Notes: generated by a model not told the origin, from the letters alone. A stretch of 64,000 bases of DNA from Deltaproteobacteria bacterium (GCA_040223695.1 JAVKFU010000015.1:632692-696691), one strand, 5' to 3'. Positions 38,321-47,620 are shown, counted from the stretch's first letter. Numbers and translations are program-made.

Positions 38321-38890
38321 TTACCCTGCGTCTGATTGAGTCTGCGCGGTACCTTCTTTTTTCCCCTTTGAAGCGGACTTCGAATCCCTCGTATATCCGC
38401 TCGAAGTACTCCCTGACTCTTCCAAAAAATTTTCCTCTTCTTTCTTCTCCTCCTTCGTGACCTTGCCGGCTATGAGCTCATAGCTCGACCTGAAGTTGCT
38501 AAGCAGGAAAGAGGACTTACAGAACTCATTGTAGAGCCATTCTTTAGTGTCCTTGTCGTATAGCACCCGCTCGCCCTTGTCGGTAAGCCCTGTAATGTCC
38601 TGTATGAGGTTATATACCAGGAACTTCGCGGCGCGCTTCGGGTCTCCTCCGAGAATCTTGAAGCTCCTGTCCTCGACAGTCAGGTCTTGCGTAAGGTCCC
38701 TTATCTGAGTAAGCCTCGCCACTGTCGGGTACGGACACTTGAACCCCACCTCGCGCCAGCCCTCGTCGTAACCCACCCACTCGCCTTTCTCGTCCTGGTA
38801 AGCGGGCCAGTCCTCATCCTCTATATCCCTGTAGGGATATATCGTCACATAATTTGATACATGTTTGGTCAAACTCTTAATTTCAGGCAT
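38321..38890 (-). CDS. acidic protein, phage tail assembly chaperone (gpG)-like candidate
   Basis: 189 aa, acidic (EDEDWPAYQDEKGEWVGYDEGW). Its 3' end holds T TTT TTG (about 38422-38428) and GGGGAAAAAAG (about 38355-38365), both inside the overlap with the downstream -1 ORF. Confidence 0.4.
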   Translation of the reverse strand: MPEIKSLTKHVSNYVTIYPYRDIEDEDWPAYQDEKGEWVGYDEGWREVGFKCPYPTVARLTQIRDLTQDLTVEDRSFKILGGDPKRAAKFLVYNLIQDITGLTDKGERVLYDKDTKEWLYNEFCKSSFLLSNFRSSYELIAGKVTKEEKKEEENFLEESGSTSSGYTRDSKSASKGKKEGTAQTQSDAG

Positions 38891-39130
38891 ATCCCCTCCT
38901 TTACACTATTGCACTATGTCATTCTGAACTTCGTCCTGAACTCGTTTTTCAGGATCTATTCAGAATCCAATCCCTTCCCGCTCATCCTGAGCCTAGTCGA
39001 AGGATGTCATTGAGTGGTTGCAAAGCAACAGCGGCAATCCCGTCTTTCTCTCGTCATTGCGAGCCGCAAAGCGGCGCGGCAATCTCGTCCTTTCCCCTCA
39101 ATCATTTAATCCCCTACCGGGAAAAGAAAA

Positions 39131-39178
39131 GCTAAAAAAGGGCTGTTAGCATTCATTTATTGAATATAAACAGCCCCT
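39131..39178 (-). terminator. rho-independent terminator after the 491-aa gene
   Basis: Minus-strand hairpin aggggctgtt-loop-aacagccct, followed by a TTTTTT run. Confidence 0.55.
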
Positions 39179-39190
39179 TAGCAATAATCC

Positions 39191-40666
39191 TTAAACAACG
39201 GCCTCAACCATATCCTCAACTGTTGGCTGGTTGTTCTTCACCGTAACTGTAATGTCCGTATTCGGCGCGCTGCTGGTATCAAGCCTGCCAAGGAAGCTCT
39301 TCTCATCCGTCACCGGGTCCTTCGAGCTCACGCCCGGATGCGGACTCCCCTCGAACTTGGCTTTGGGCACGCTCATTGTCACCTGATGGCTGTTGTCACC
39401 GATATAGGTCCATATAAAGTCGAGCTGCGTCTCTGTTCCCGCAACTGTCTTCTCAGCGAATTGCTGGCTTCCGTACTGATAAGTGAATGAGCCGCTTACA
39501 GATCCTTCCCCGGGGGTGATCGCGCCCTTGATCGGCGACCCTACGACGAAGTTACCCTGTATGGTATTCTCGATCACGAGACTCAGGTTTTCAAACTGGT
39601 TTGTGGTCTGCTCCACACTGTCCACCTGCACGCTCGATTCCCAATGTGCGTAAGGAATGTTTTCAATCGAGGCCGGAGTCCCGAATATGTTCTCTGACAG
39701 TATTTGAAATGCCTTCCCTACTACGTTCATATTGAGCTGCGGAAGGTCGGTCGGGTCCACGTTAAGAGTAAGATTGCTTACCTTGTTCCCCCTGATAAGC
39801 ATGAGCGATTCAATATCGGTAAACCTCAGAAGGAAACTGATACCCTCGGGAATGGTGGAGCCTCTATAAATCGTATGTGTGAAGGGTTTAATTACTTCAT
39901 CGCACGCCGCCCCGTTAGAGTGAGCCTTCCTGAGCCCGTTGGGATGAGCAGCCGAGTCCAGCGTAAGCTGCCCCGCAGCCGTGCTGCCTATCTTTACAAT
40001 CTCTGCGTCATTTCCCGTGCTTAACTGAGCAAACTCACCGGCTGCGAAACCAACTTCGGATGTCACTGATACCGTTGTATCTCCGGCGGAAGCCGCTGCC
40101 GACAAAGTCGTACTTGCCCCCGCTGTTGACGTTCCGACTGTGGTGTAATCACTATTCAAGGCGTGTAAGTAAAACAGCCCCACTGTCGCTATATCGAGCT
40201 CAACAGTCATATCCGCTCCTGTGTCATAGTTTCCCTCACGGAAGTTTGAAAGTACACGCGAGCCGGAGAGCGCCTGCGACCTCTGCAGATCTCTTCCGCC
40301 GGACGGTGTGAAGGACCTCACGTTACCTAGCTTGAACCAGTTATTAGCCGGGTCTACCTCAACCACAGCCTCCCCCGATTCATGCCTGTAGTTTATCTTT
40401 GTGTTCGCGTCGAGACTCACCGTCGTGCCAGACACGTAACCTGCATCCACCTTTACGAATTCCATATTGTTGTCGTTCCCGACCTTAAGAATATCCCCCG
40501 CCGCGATATTAGTATCGCTCGCTACCGTAACGCTAGTCGCTCCGGGGTTAACAGCTGCGGCAAGCGTAGTGGACGCTCCGCCCCCGACCGCGGCTGACGG
40601 CGTCACGCCGTTTACCTGTTCAATCTTGTACCAAATCTCCGCACTTGAGCCTGAAGCCTGTGCCAT
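39191..40666 (-). CDS. hypothetical structural protein with two tandem ~100-aa N-terminal domains; possible phage major tail protein
   Basis: 491 aa, no signal peptide. Thr/Ser/Ala-rich and beta-rich. An internal duplication is visible (ASTTLAAAV...TSVTVAS...AAGDILKVGND / ASTTLSAAASAGDTTVSVTSEVGFAAGEFAQLSTGND). The phage assignment rests on gene-order context only. Confidence 0.3.
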   Translation of the reverse strand: MAQASGSSAEIWYKIEQVNGVTPSAAVGGGASTTLAAAVNPGATSVTVASDTNIAAGDILKVGNDNNMEFVKVDAGYVSGTTVSLDANTKINYRHESGEAVVEVDPANNWFKLGNVRSFTPSGGRDLQRSQALSGSRVLSNFREGNYDTGADMTVELDIATVGLFYLHALNSDYTTVGTSTAGASTTLSAAASAGDTTVSVTSEVGFAAGEFAQLSTGNDAEIVKIGSTAAGQLTLDSAAHPNGLRKAHSNGAACDEVIKPFTHTIYRGSTIPEGISFLLRFTDIESLMLIRGNKVSNLTLNVDPTDLPQLNMNVVGKAFQILSENIFGTPASIENIPYAHWESSVQVDSVEQTTNQFENLSLVIENTIQGNFVVGSPIKGAITPGEGSVSGSFTYQYGSQQFAEKTVAGTETQLDFIWTYIGDNSHQVTMSVPKAKFEGSPHPGVSSKDPVTDEKSFLGRLDTSSAPNTDITVTVKNNQPTVEDMVEAVV

Positions 40667-40803
40667 ATTGTTCCACCTCCGGTTTTTATATAAAAAAGCC
40701 CGGAACGGCCTGAACCGCCCGGGCTTATATTTTTAATTTGTTATTAGTCATCCTGAATTTATTCAGGATCTAAACTTTTATGATCTAATCCGCTTTCATG
40801 AGA

Positions 40804-41931
40804 CTAGTAATTGATAATCTTCCCGTTCTCATCCCATCCTGTAGTCCTCTGATACTGGCTTTGAAAATCATTACGCCAACTGTCGTTCCACTTCCAGTCG
40901 CCGCTTTTTATCTTCCACGTGTTATAGTCCACACTGTTGTCAGCCGATTCGGCATCGAAAACTTCCAGCGCAGCTACACCGGGGTTAGCGCTCTGGAAAT
41001 AGTTATTTTGAATCTCATTATTCGAACTCTTCCATATGCCCAGATGAGTATGGCTCGTATCGTCTGTTGAAGGATACTTTTCAAGTATAAATTTATTATT
41101 GGTAATTCTAGAATTTCGCACATGATGATATATGGCCATTCCCCAGGAATTATCCTCGATCAGGTTTTTTTCGATATCCAGATTTTCTATCCAGGTTGAG
41201 CATTTCGAGCCGTTCATCTGAATCCCCCTGCCCCCGTGATTTCGTATTACGTTACCGCGAATAGCAACTCCGGAAATCCCCTTGCACTCGAAATCAGATA
41301 GATATATGCCGTGGCAGTGTTTGGGACTCGAGCCCCGCCAGTCCTTGTTGTAGCACTCCCCTTTTCCAGTCCCGTTCGACTCTATTATGTTATTTTCGAT
41401 TGTTATATTATCAGTCGATATGATCAGGATTCCCTGATACGTGTTTCGGTGAATTTTATTATTCCGTATGATATTATTGCCTTTGTAAAGCTTTACCCCG
41501 TCCCAGCCTTTCATTACTTCAAAACCCTGAAACACGATCCATTCGGCGTCGATCTCGACCCTGTCGCCTTCGCCCTTTCCCGGAACGATAATAGGCTTAT
41601 GTCCGGGGTAGGCTTCGATTGTAATCGGTCTCAGACGTGTCCCGCTGTTTTTGACAACAATTTTTCCGGTATAGACACCGCCTATTACCCTGATAATATC
41701 ACCCGGGACTGCTGAATCGACAGCTCCCTGTATGGTTGTGTAATCGCCGTTAGCGCCCGGCGCAACTATCTTCACAGATGGCAAGCGCGCACCTGCTGAT
41801 TCGACGCAATCAGCGCAGCTGGAAGGATCGGAGAGAGTGTAAACGCCTCCCACCACAGCCGGGGCCTGGTCGATAAAATATAGAGGTAAAATTGCAGTCA
41901 AGACAACTGACAGAATTGCCGTCGATTTCAT
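40804..41931 (-). CDS. secreted right-handed parallel beta-helix repeat protein (pectate-lyase-fold; possible depolymerase/tailspike-like)
   Basis: Signal peptide. Repeated NNxIxxN / GxxIxxN beta-helix coils: NNIIRNNKIHRN, ITIENNIIESNG, IRGNVIRNHGG. Confidence 0.6.
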   Translation of the reverse strand: MKSTAILSVVLTAILPLYFIDQAPAVVGGVYTLSDPSSCADCVESAGARLPSVKIVAPGANGDYTTIQGAVDSAVPGDIIRVIGGVYTGKIVVKNSGTRLRPITIEAYPGHKPIIVPGKGEGDRVEIDAEWIVFQGFEVMKGWDGVKLYKGNNIIRNNKIHRNTYQGILIISTDNITIENNIIESNGTGKGECYNKDWRGSSPKHCHGIYLSDFECKGISGVAIRGNVIRNHGGRGIQMNGSKCSTWIENLDIEKNLIEDNSWGMAIYHHVRNSRITNNKFILEKYPSTDDTSHTHLGIWKSSNNEIQNNYFQSANPGVAALEVFDAESADNSVDYNTWKIKSGDWKWNDSWRNDFQSQYQRTTGWDENGKIINY

Positions 41932-42204
41932 AATTTACCAGTTGGCTTCCAGACTTGGCGCTGGATAACCGTTTAATATTATAACTGCCAGACATAGTAA
42001 ATAGCTTTTTACGAATTTAATGCATCTTCCACCAGCCTCAGAACCCGACAAAGATTTTTATTTTCCCCTTCCTTTAACATTTTTTACCTTTTACGTTTTT
42101 AAAAATCATCCTGAATTCATTTCAGGATCTCGTCTTTTATAGATACATTCGCAATTTCCCGCCGGTTTCTAGAGCACAACGTCCGTCTATATAAAAATCG
42201 GCTA

Positions 42205-42906
42205 TTAATAAATAGTCCTCCAGGCATAAGCATCCGCCGCGTCCTTTGCGCAAACTTCAATAGTATCCTTTACTCCCGCATTACCTTCTACCATCCAAAA
42301 TTTGCCTCTTTCAGAAACGCTGCAAGTTGGTTTAACAACAGCCCCTCCGTTATCAGAAATTTTAATCCCCCCCGCTTCAACGGAAACCAGGCTCTTTGCA
42401 TAAATACTATCGGGTCTATTGGCGCCGGTTTTCCCAATATCGCCGCTTGCGTCAGTATTAAATATAAAATCACCATCGTAAATTCTAACTCCAATAACAC
42501 GAGAAATACTAGCTACAACAACTCCGTTACCCCAAAACTCAATATTGTTAACACCATTCATTTTAATTCCAGTATCGTCATCTTCGCCTACCAGTCTCTG
42601 GTCAAATATAATTATGTTGTTAGCACCACCTTGGCCTATAACTGTCTGGTCACTTGTATTGACTGAAAGTAAATTTATATCTGCTGTATTAGCTGCGTTC
42701 CTAGCTTTTATAAGAGTAGAGTTATTAGGACCTTTCAGTGAAGCAGAACCAGTTAGGTTGATATCGCCCGCCATACTCCCGCCGGATTTCGGCAGGACAT
42801 TGGAGGGAATTATAATGTCTGCTTCAATAATATCCTCATTGATCTGCGATTGAGCATAACTTGAAATAAGAATTATAAATACGATAACGAGTATAAATTT
42901 TCTCAT
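42205..42906 (-). CDS. secreted protein with tail-fibre-like SGGSMAGDINL motif
   Basis: Signal peptide. LPKSGGSMAGDINLTGS resembles the GG[ST]M[TA]G motif of phage tail fibre proteins. Confidence 0.4.
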   Translation of the reverse strand: MRKFILVIVFIILISSYAQSQINEDIIEADIIIPSNVLPKSGGSMAGDINLTGSASLKGPNNSTLIKARNAANTADINLLSVNTSDQTVIGQGGANNIIIFDQRLVGEDDDTGIKMNGVNNIEFWGNGVVVASISRVIGVRIYDGDFIFNTDASGDIGKTGANRPDSIYAKSLVSVEAGGIKISDNGGAVVKPTCSVSERGKFWMVEGNAGVKDTIEVCAKDAADAYAWRTIY

Positions 42907-42950
42907 GGATTTCTTTTTTACCTCAATTCACCATTCATTCCGAATGTCCC

Positions 42951-43676
42951 TCAGTTTTTCCAAACTCTACGAGTACTGCCTCCTAGCGGCTGCTTTATTT
43001 CAGCTGCTACAGCAGCCCAATCATTACTTGCACTACCGCTCCAATCATATGTTTGACTTGATGAACTTATGGCAGTAACCCCGCTGATGGACAAATCAGG
43101 TCCCTCTGCTATATTTGCTTGCTCTGTCTGTCCAAGATCAGCAGAAAAAGTCAATGCCGCATTGTCTTTATAACACCCTAATGCAATATTTGCACTTTCA
43201 CCGTTTATGGCATTAGGCACGTGAGTAAGAGCTATGCTTGTAGATGCAGCCGCTGTATTTGAAGCGGTTATATCAGGTGCTTCATCGGCTGCATCTATAA
43301 TCGAAACAGCTATCGCTATTCTGTCTGCTGAATTTGCGCTCAAATCGAATGAGACTGTATTTATGCCGATTGCCGGATTTGTAAGATAATAAATAGAACA
43401 AACACGTAAATTATTATTTATCTGGTCAACGGCTTCCGTCAAAGCAACACCGTTATAAGTTAATGAGCTCACAGATTTTGCGGAGGTACTCTCTACACCT
43501 ACTAACACTACCAGGTAATCACCGTTATTGTCATGATTAAAGGTAAGAGTTGCTTGGTTCGTACCCGATCTCTGAGCAGAGGTTACATTACCAATAGAGA
43601 TAGAAAAAGCACTCTCATAAGCTCCAAAAAACATTAATAATAAAAATAAAGCCATATTAACAATAAAACGCGTCAT
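42951..43676 (-). CDS. hypothetical secreted protein (paralog A)
   Basis: Signal peptide. The C-terminal ...GGSTRRVWKN is shared with the next gene. The two genes overlap by 4 nt. Confidence 0.45.
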   Translation of the reverse strand: MTRFIVNMALFLLLMFFGAYESAFSISIGNVTSAQRSGTNQATLTFNHDNNGDYLVVLVGVESTSAKSVSSLTYNGVALTEAVDQINNNLRVCSIYYLTNPAIGINTVSFDLSANSADRIAIAVSIIDAADEAPDITASNTAAASTSIALTHVPNAINGESANIALGCYKDNAALTFSADLGQTEQANIAEGPDLSISGVTAISSSSQTYDWSGSASNDWAAVAAEIKQPLGGSTRRVWKN

Positions 43677-44386
43677 TTCCAGATTCTCCTCGAATTTCCA
43701 CTTGCCTGCGGTTCAGGGATGGCAAAGGCTATAGCCCCCCAGTCTTTTGCGCCACTGCCAATTGTCCAATCCATAAGGAATGTCCCAGTGCTTGCCATGT
43801 TTTTTGTTGACGAGCCTATCTCCAAACTAAAGGAAAATGCTGCTGAATATTGTAAAGTTTGCCCTATTCCATCGGCCGTAAAACCTGCGTTGGCGTTATA
43901 CCCGACGCAATCTACAATTATAGAGTTAGCGTTTGTGGTCGTTACGCTGATTTGTGGGTCATTACTAAGTCCGGAGGCCGTTTGTGTCACATCCGGCGCG
44001 CCGTCATTCGCTCCATTTAAAGTCATACCACCCGCTGTGATATTCTGAGAAGCCGAAAGTGTTACTTCTATATTCGCTGTCGTTACGGTAGGGCGGCTTA
44101 GATAAGCAAACCATATAGTTGTACCGCCCTGAGTTACTGTCGTAACCGTCATTGCTTCGGAGGTGTTGAATTCGACACTAGATACTGTTGTGGTGCCGCT
44201 GTTATAAACTCCGCAGGCAGTCAAATAATCCTCACCTGTATTTACGACCTGACTCCATGAATGGGTCGTTGCCGTTCCATTATAAGTTGACGTAGTTCCT
44301 ACGGTCGGGACTTGCGAATAACTTGCAGTGGCAAACGGAAACAATACGACAAATAAAATAAATGTATATCCAAAAACTTTAGTCAA
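43673..44386 (-). CDS. hypothetical secreted protein (paralog B)
   Basis: Signal peptide. The C-terminus reads ...SGNSRRIWK. Confidence 0.45.
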   Translation of the reverse strand: MTKVFGYTFILFVVLFPFATASYSQVPTVGTTSTYNGTATTHSWSQVVNTGEDYLTACGVYNSGTTTVSSVEFNTSEAMTVTTVTQGGTTIWFAYLSRPTVTTANIEVTLSASQNITAGGMTLNGANDGAPDVTQTASGLSNDPQISVTTTNANSIIVDCVGYNANAGFTADGIGQTLQYSAAFSFSLEIGSSTKNMASTGTFLMDWTIGSGAKDWGAIAFAIPEPQASGNSRRIWK

Positions 44387-44416
44387 TTAACAAAACTCCC
44401 TTAATCTATTGGGAAA

Positions 44417-45267
44417 TTAGTCGATGATATACCCCACACATATCATATAAGTATCTGTTTCAGGTGATACTGCGTTATCAACATCGAACCTAAGAACCTC
44501 ACGTGCGGTCAGGGTATTTGCCGCAGTAACCGACTGCGCAGTTGCTACAGTCCCAGGCCCACTACAGGTGGGGGTTGTATGCGTCATCGCATTACCCGCT
44601 CCGTCCTCCAGACTAACTTGTGCTACCGTTGTAGGCGCTAGGCCGTTATAGTTACACCAAATGTCCGTGATTGTGACCGCGCTCACGAATGAGCCGAACA
44701 ACATATCATCGTCAGCAGCCGCCAGATTCTCTATAACTATGCAATCTGTAAATTTCTCGTTTTTTGTCAATATATTCGCATCGGTTATTTGAGTGTTCAG
44801 TTCTGAAATAGTATCGAGCTCGGTTTCCTCAATAGGGTCAAAATCAACTTCAGCTGTTGATATTGTTTGACCAAGGAGAGTTACTTCACCAGCAGCATCA
44901 GGAAATGTCACCGCTCTTGCGGCAGTCAGTGCCGGTATAGTAATTGTCATGGTGTCCACACCCTCTTGAATCTGAAGGCTCGTATCGTCCAATATCAACG
45001 GCCCGGTCATTGTGCCACCGGCAAGCAGTAGATAGTTACTGGCAGTTATAGTATCCGGCACATCCGCATCTGTAATAGAACTACAAGTAGGAGCCGCATT
45101 GTCATTCAAAATAATGGCAAACTGGTTAGCAGCGCACGCTCCGATTCCTGAATAATTACTTGCGAGCTCCCCATCCTCTATGGTCTGGCCGAGCAGGGTT
45201 ATTTCCCCTGTCGCATCAGGAAAAGTTACTGTCCTGTCTGCAGTCGGGTCTGTGATTTGGAATGTTG
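44417..45267 (-). pseudogene. tail-fibre-like protein, apparently 5'-truncated (no ATG/GTG start; open frame runs to a stop at 45268)
   Basis: Contains LLLAGGTMTGPLIL and a duplicated VTFPDA(T/A)GE(I/V)TLLGQTI segment. The track ORF starts at an internal TTG. The frame is open for about 50 more codons upstream with no plausible start or signal peptide. Confidence 0.4.
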
Positions 45268-45312
45268 TTTCAAAACACTAGCAGATATAATCTAGTAAGG
45301 AATAAAAAGGGC

Positions 45313-45358
45313 ACAAAAAAAACGGAGATGATGTTCTCAGTCTCCGTTCCTTTTGTTT
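45313..45358. terminator. bidirectional rho-independent terminator
   Basis: aaaaaaaa-AACGGAGA-tgatgttctcag-TCTCCGTT-ccttttgttt. An 8-bp stem is flanked by A8 on one side and a T-rich run on the other. Confidence 0.6.
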
Positions 45359-45443
45359 AAATCTTTGTGGGGCGTTGTTCGCCCATTGATATATAAATTA
45401 TACAAATTACACCACGCTGTCAACAACCTTTTTTAAGCTTCTT

Positions 45444-45644
45444 TTAAAAAGTCTCATAGCTCCCATTCGTCATCCCAAGCTCCGCACCCTTTTTTTCATA
45501 GGAGAGCATTTTGCCGTCAATAAAGCCGAACCTTAGCTCAAGCGCCCTCCCCTCCTTCTCAGCAAGCCCGGAGAGAACCTCCTCAGCCCGCTCCCGGTTT
45601 ACGGTATCCCTCATATCTGCCGGCAGCAAATGCAATATCCTCAC
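45444..45644 (-). pseudogene. relic of a sigma-70 (RpoD-family) gene: region 4 fragment only
   Basis: RAEEVLSGLAEKEGRALELRFGFIDGKMLSYEKKGAELGMT aligns with sigma-70 region 4.2 (VL.GL..RE..VL.LRFG...TLEEVG..FGVT). Homology ends abruptly after GMT. Regions 1-3 are absent. Confidence 0.5.
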
Positions 45645-45649
45645 AATTC

Positions 45650-46040
45650 CGTTATTATATTTCTACATGTCTTTAACCTTAAAAAAACGTCATACTGATT
45701 TCATTTCAACGTCTCGTTTTTCAACCCCCTCATCCTGACCACAATCGAAGGATGTCATCCTTTCGTCTTTTTCTTTCCCGACATTCACAGAATTTGCGTT
45801 AAGAAAATAGTTTGTTATGGCTTAAAAATCTTTTCGGGACGATTTCGAGCAAGTGAGGAATCGGACGCCCTTTCCTATATGCAATAATGTCATTAGTCCT
45901 GCTCCACTAAACCACGATGCTAATTACGGTAGTATTAAAGATTTTAGACAGAATGAACTATTTTTAGCCAAATTCTATGCAGTCGGTGATTTTTGCTTCT
46001 TTTTATCAAGAAAAAGAAGGAAATTCTTTATCTTTTCTTT
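45650..46040. repeat. hairpin unit + modular composite repeat copy 3 (full length B-C-D)
   Basis: catcctgaccacaatcgaaggatg hairpin, followed by tcccgacattcacagaatttgcgttaagaaaatag...ggacgatttcgagcaagtgaggaatcggacgccc...gatttttgcttctttttatcaagaaaaagaag. Confidence 0.8.
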
Positions 46041-46096
46041 TTTTCATTATGAAGAGACAACCTATGCGACACAGCCTCATGGCAAAGCCGCCCCCC

Positions 46097-46570
46097 TCAC
46101 GCATCCCACTCTTCCATCATCTCCGCCTCCCACATCTCCCTGTGCGGGCACACCGAGCCGTGCGTCCTCTCGCGGTACGTACCGTCACCCCATCTTTTTT
46201 GATCATGGCAGAACGGGCAGAAGCTCGCCTTCCTTATAAACACCCCGAACATCGTATTCACGAGCCCGAACTGCTCGCGGTTCCCAAATATCCAGACCCT
46301 TATATCGTTCAGCGAGACCTTTTTTCGCCTGAATATTTCGCTCCCGCGTATTGCCTCAGCACGCTTTCCGTCGAGATACATAGATACCGCTTTGTGCTCG
46401 AGGAGCCTTAAACCTGTGACGTAGTTCTCTATGGCCCGTTCCTCTTCGAGCGTCTCCAGATAAGCCCTGAGCAGAGGCGGCACACCCTCGCCCCGCTTGT
46501 ATCTGGAGAAGTACAAAAGAGCTTCCTGTATGTGCCGGTAAATTAGCTGCCTCTCCGCCCCCTTTATCAA
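46097..46570 (-). CDS. hypothetical protein (C-terminal Cys/His cluster)
   Basis: 157 aa. The C-terminus reads CPFCHDQ...CPHREMW. Possibly translationally coupled to the upstream 83-aa membrane ORF (ATGA overlap). Confidence 0.4.
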   Translation of the reverse strand: MIKGAERQLIYRHIQEALLYFSRYKRGEGVPPLLRAYLETLEEERAIENYVTGLRLLEHKAVSMYLDGKRAEAIRGSEIFRRKKVSLNDIRVWIFGNREQFGLVNTMFGVFIRKASFCPFCHDQKRWGDGTYRERTHGSVCPHREMWEAEMMEEWDA

Positions 46571-46818
46571 TGCCTCTCCCCATCCCTTGACCTGGTGCTT
46601 TCTATGAGGTCTCTTAACGACTGCAGGTTATAAGAGATGTTGCTGCCGAGTCGCCGCTTCTTTGCAGTCTGGCCCATGCTGGCAATCGCGCCGATAATCG
46701 TCATCACTATGAGCGGCGTCATGACCCAGAACCATGACCACTGTATTCTGTCCCACAGCTTCGCCGCTACAAATAGCAGATTCAAATAAACCGCAAACGC
46801 AATATAAAAATTATCCAT
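46567..46818 (-). CDS. small membrane protein (2 TM)
   Basis: Two hydrophobic helices. 4-nt overlap with the downstream gene. Confidence 0.4.
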   Translation of the reverse strand: MDNFYIAFAVYLNLLFVAAKLWDRIQWSWFWVMTPLIVMTIIGAIASMGQTAKKRRLGSNISYNLQSLRDLIESTRSRDGERH

Positions 46819-46862
46819 ATCACTACCCCTCCTTTATCTTTCACCCCCATCTTCTTTAAACG

Positions 46863-47620
46863 CCATTGCGAAGCTCCGAAGGAGCCGCGGCAATCTCATC
46901 TTTAAATAAGTCATTCTGAACTACGATCTGGAACGTGTGAGGAATCGGGTCCACCGGCTAAATGTAATCGAGAAAATGTTCCCTGGTCGTAGTTGTTCGA
47001 ATTCAAAATTTTCAGTGTCTCGTTTTTGTTTTTTTGCTTTTGCCCTCCCGACATTTACAGAAATCGCGTTAAAAAATAAATTACGAAATCGTAAAAATAT
47101 TTTTGGGCTGCAGGTGGAATTAAAATATTTTAGACGTAGTAATTTATTTTTAGCTATTTCTGTTAAGTCGATGATTTTTGCTTCTTTTCATCTAGGAAAA
47201 GAAGAAACTATTTTGCTTTTTATTTGTTATTGCGAGCGTAGTAACACGAAGCGCGGCAATCTCATTCTCAATCCCTCTTCATCCTGAGCCTGTCGAAGGA
47301 TGCTCCCCCCTTTTCTTTTTCTTCCTCCCCATCGAGGAGGAAGTTAAGGTGGGGGGGGACACTATTCTCTTTTATATCCCACAGGCATATACCCACAAGC
47401 AATATGCTATCAAGCTATTATATAAAGTATATCCCTTAGAAATATAAACTATCCCAAAACGGAAAAACACACAAGGGGGTTTTTTACATCAGAGGCAACT
47501 AGTCATTGCGAGGCTCCGAAGGAGCCGCGGCAATCTCATCTTTAAATAAGTCATTCAGAACTACGATTTCGAAGGTGTGAGGAATCGGCCAATGGCTGAA
47601 TGCAATCAAGCATGTGTTCC
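46863..47620. repeat. repeat block: two about 110-bp direct copies flanking a B+D composite element
   Basis: 46863-46975 and 47503-47615 are near-identical (gtcattgcgaggctccgaaggagccgcggcaatctcatctttaaataagtcattc(t/a)gaactacgat...gtgaggaatcgg). A B+D module lies at 47030-47225. A GC hairpin aggaggaagttaaggtgggggggg lies at about 47325. Confidence 0.75.

Noticed and set aside
38321-38890. Interpreting the 189-aa ORF as a tail tube protein with the 109-aa ORF as an independent gene
   Set aside because: The 109-aa ORF has no start or RBS of its own and sits in the -1 frame with a long open overlap. The upstream protein is strongly acidic like gpG-type chaperones. The chaperone-frameshift reading explains more of the observations. 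A decaying pseudogene remains possible.
45853-46411. ORFs 45853..46239 and 45977..46411 (+)
   Set aside because: They start inside repeat modules and run antisense across the 46097..46570 minus-strand gene. They are very likely artefacts.
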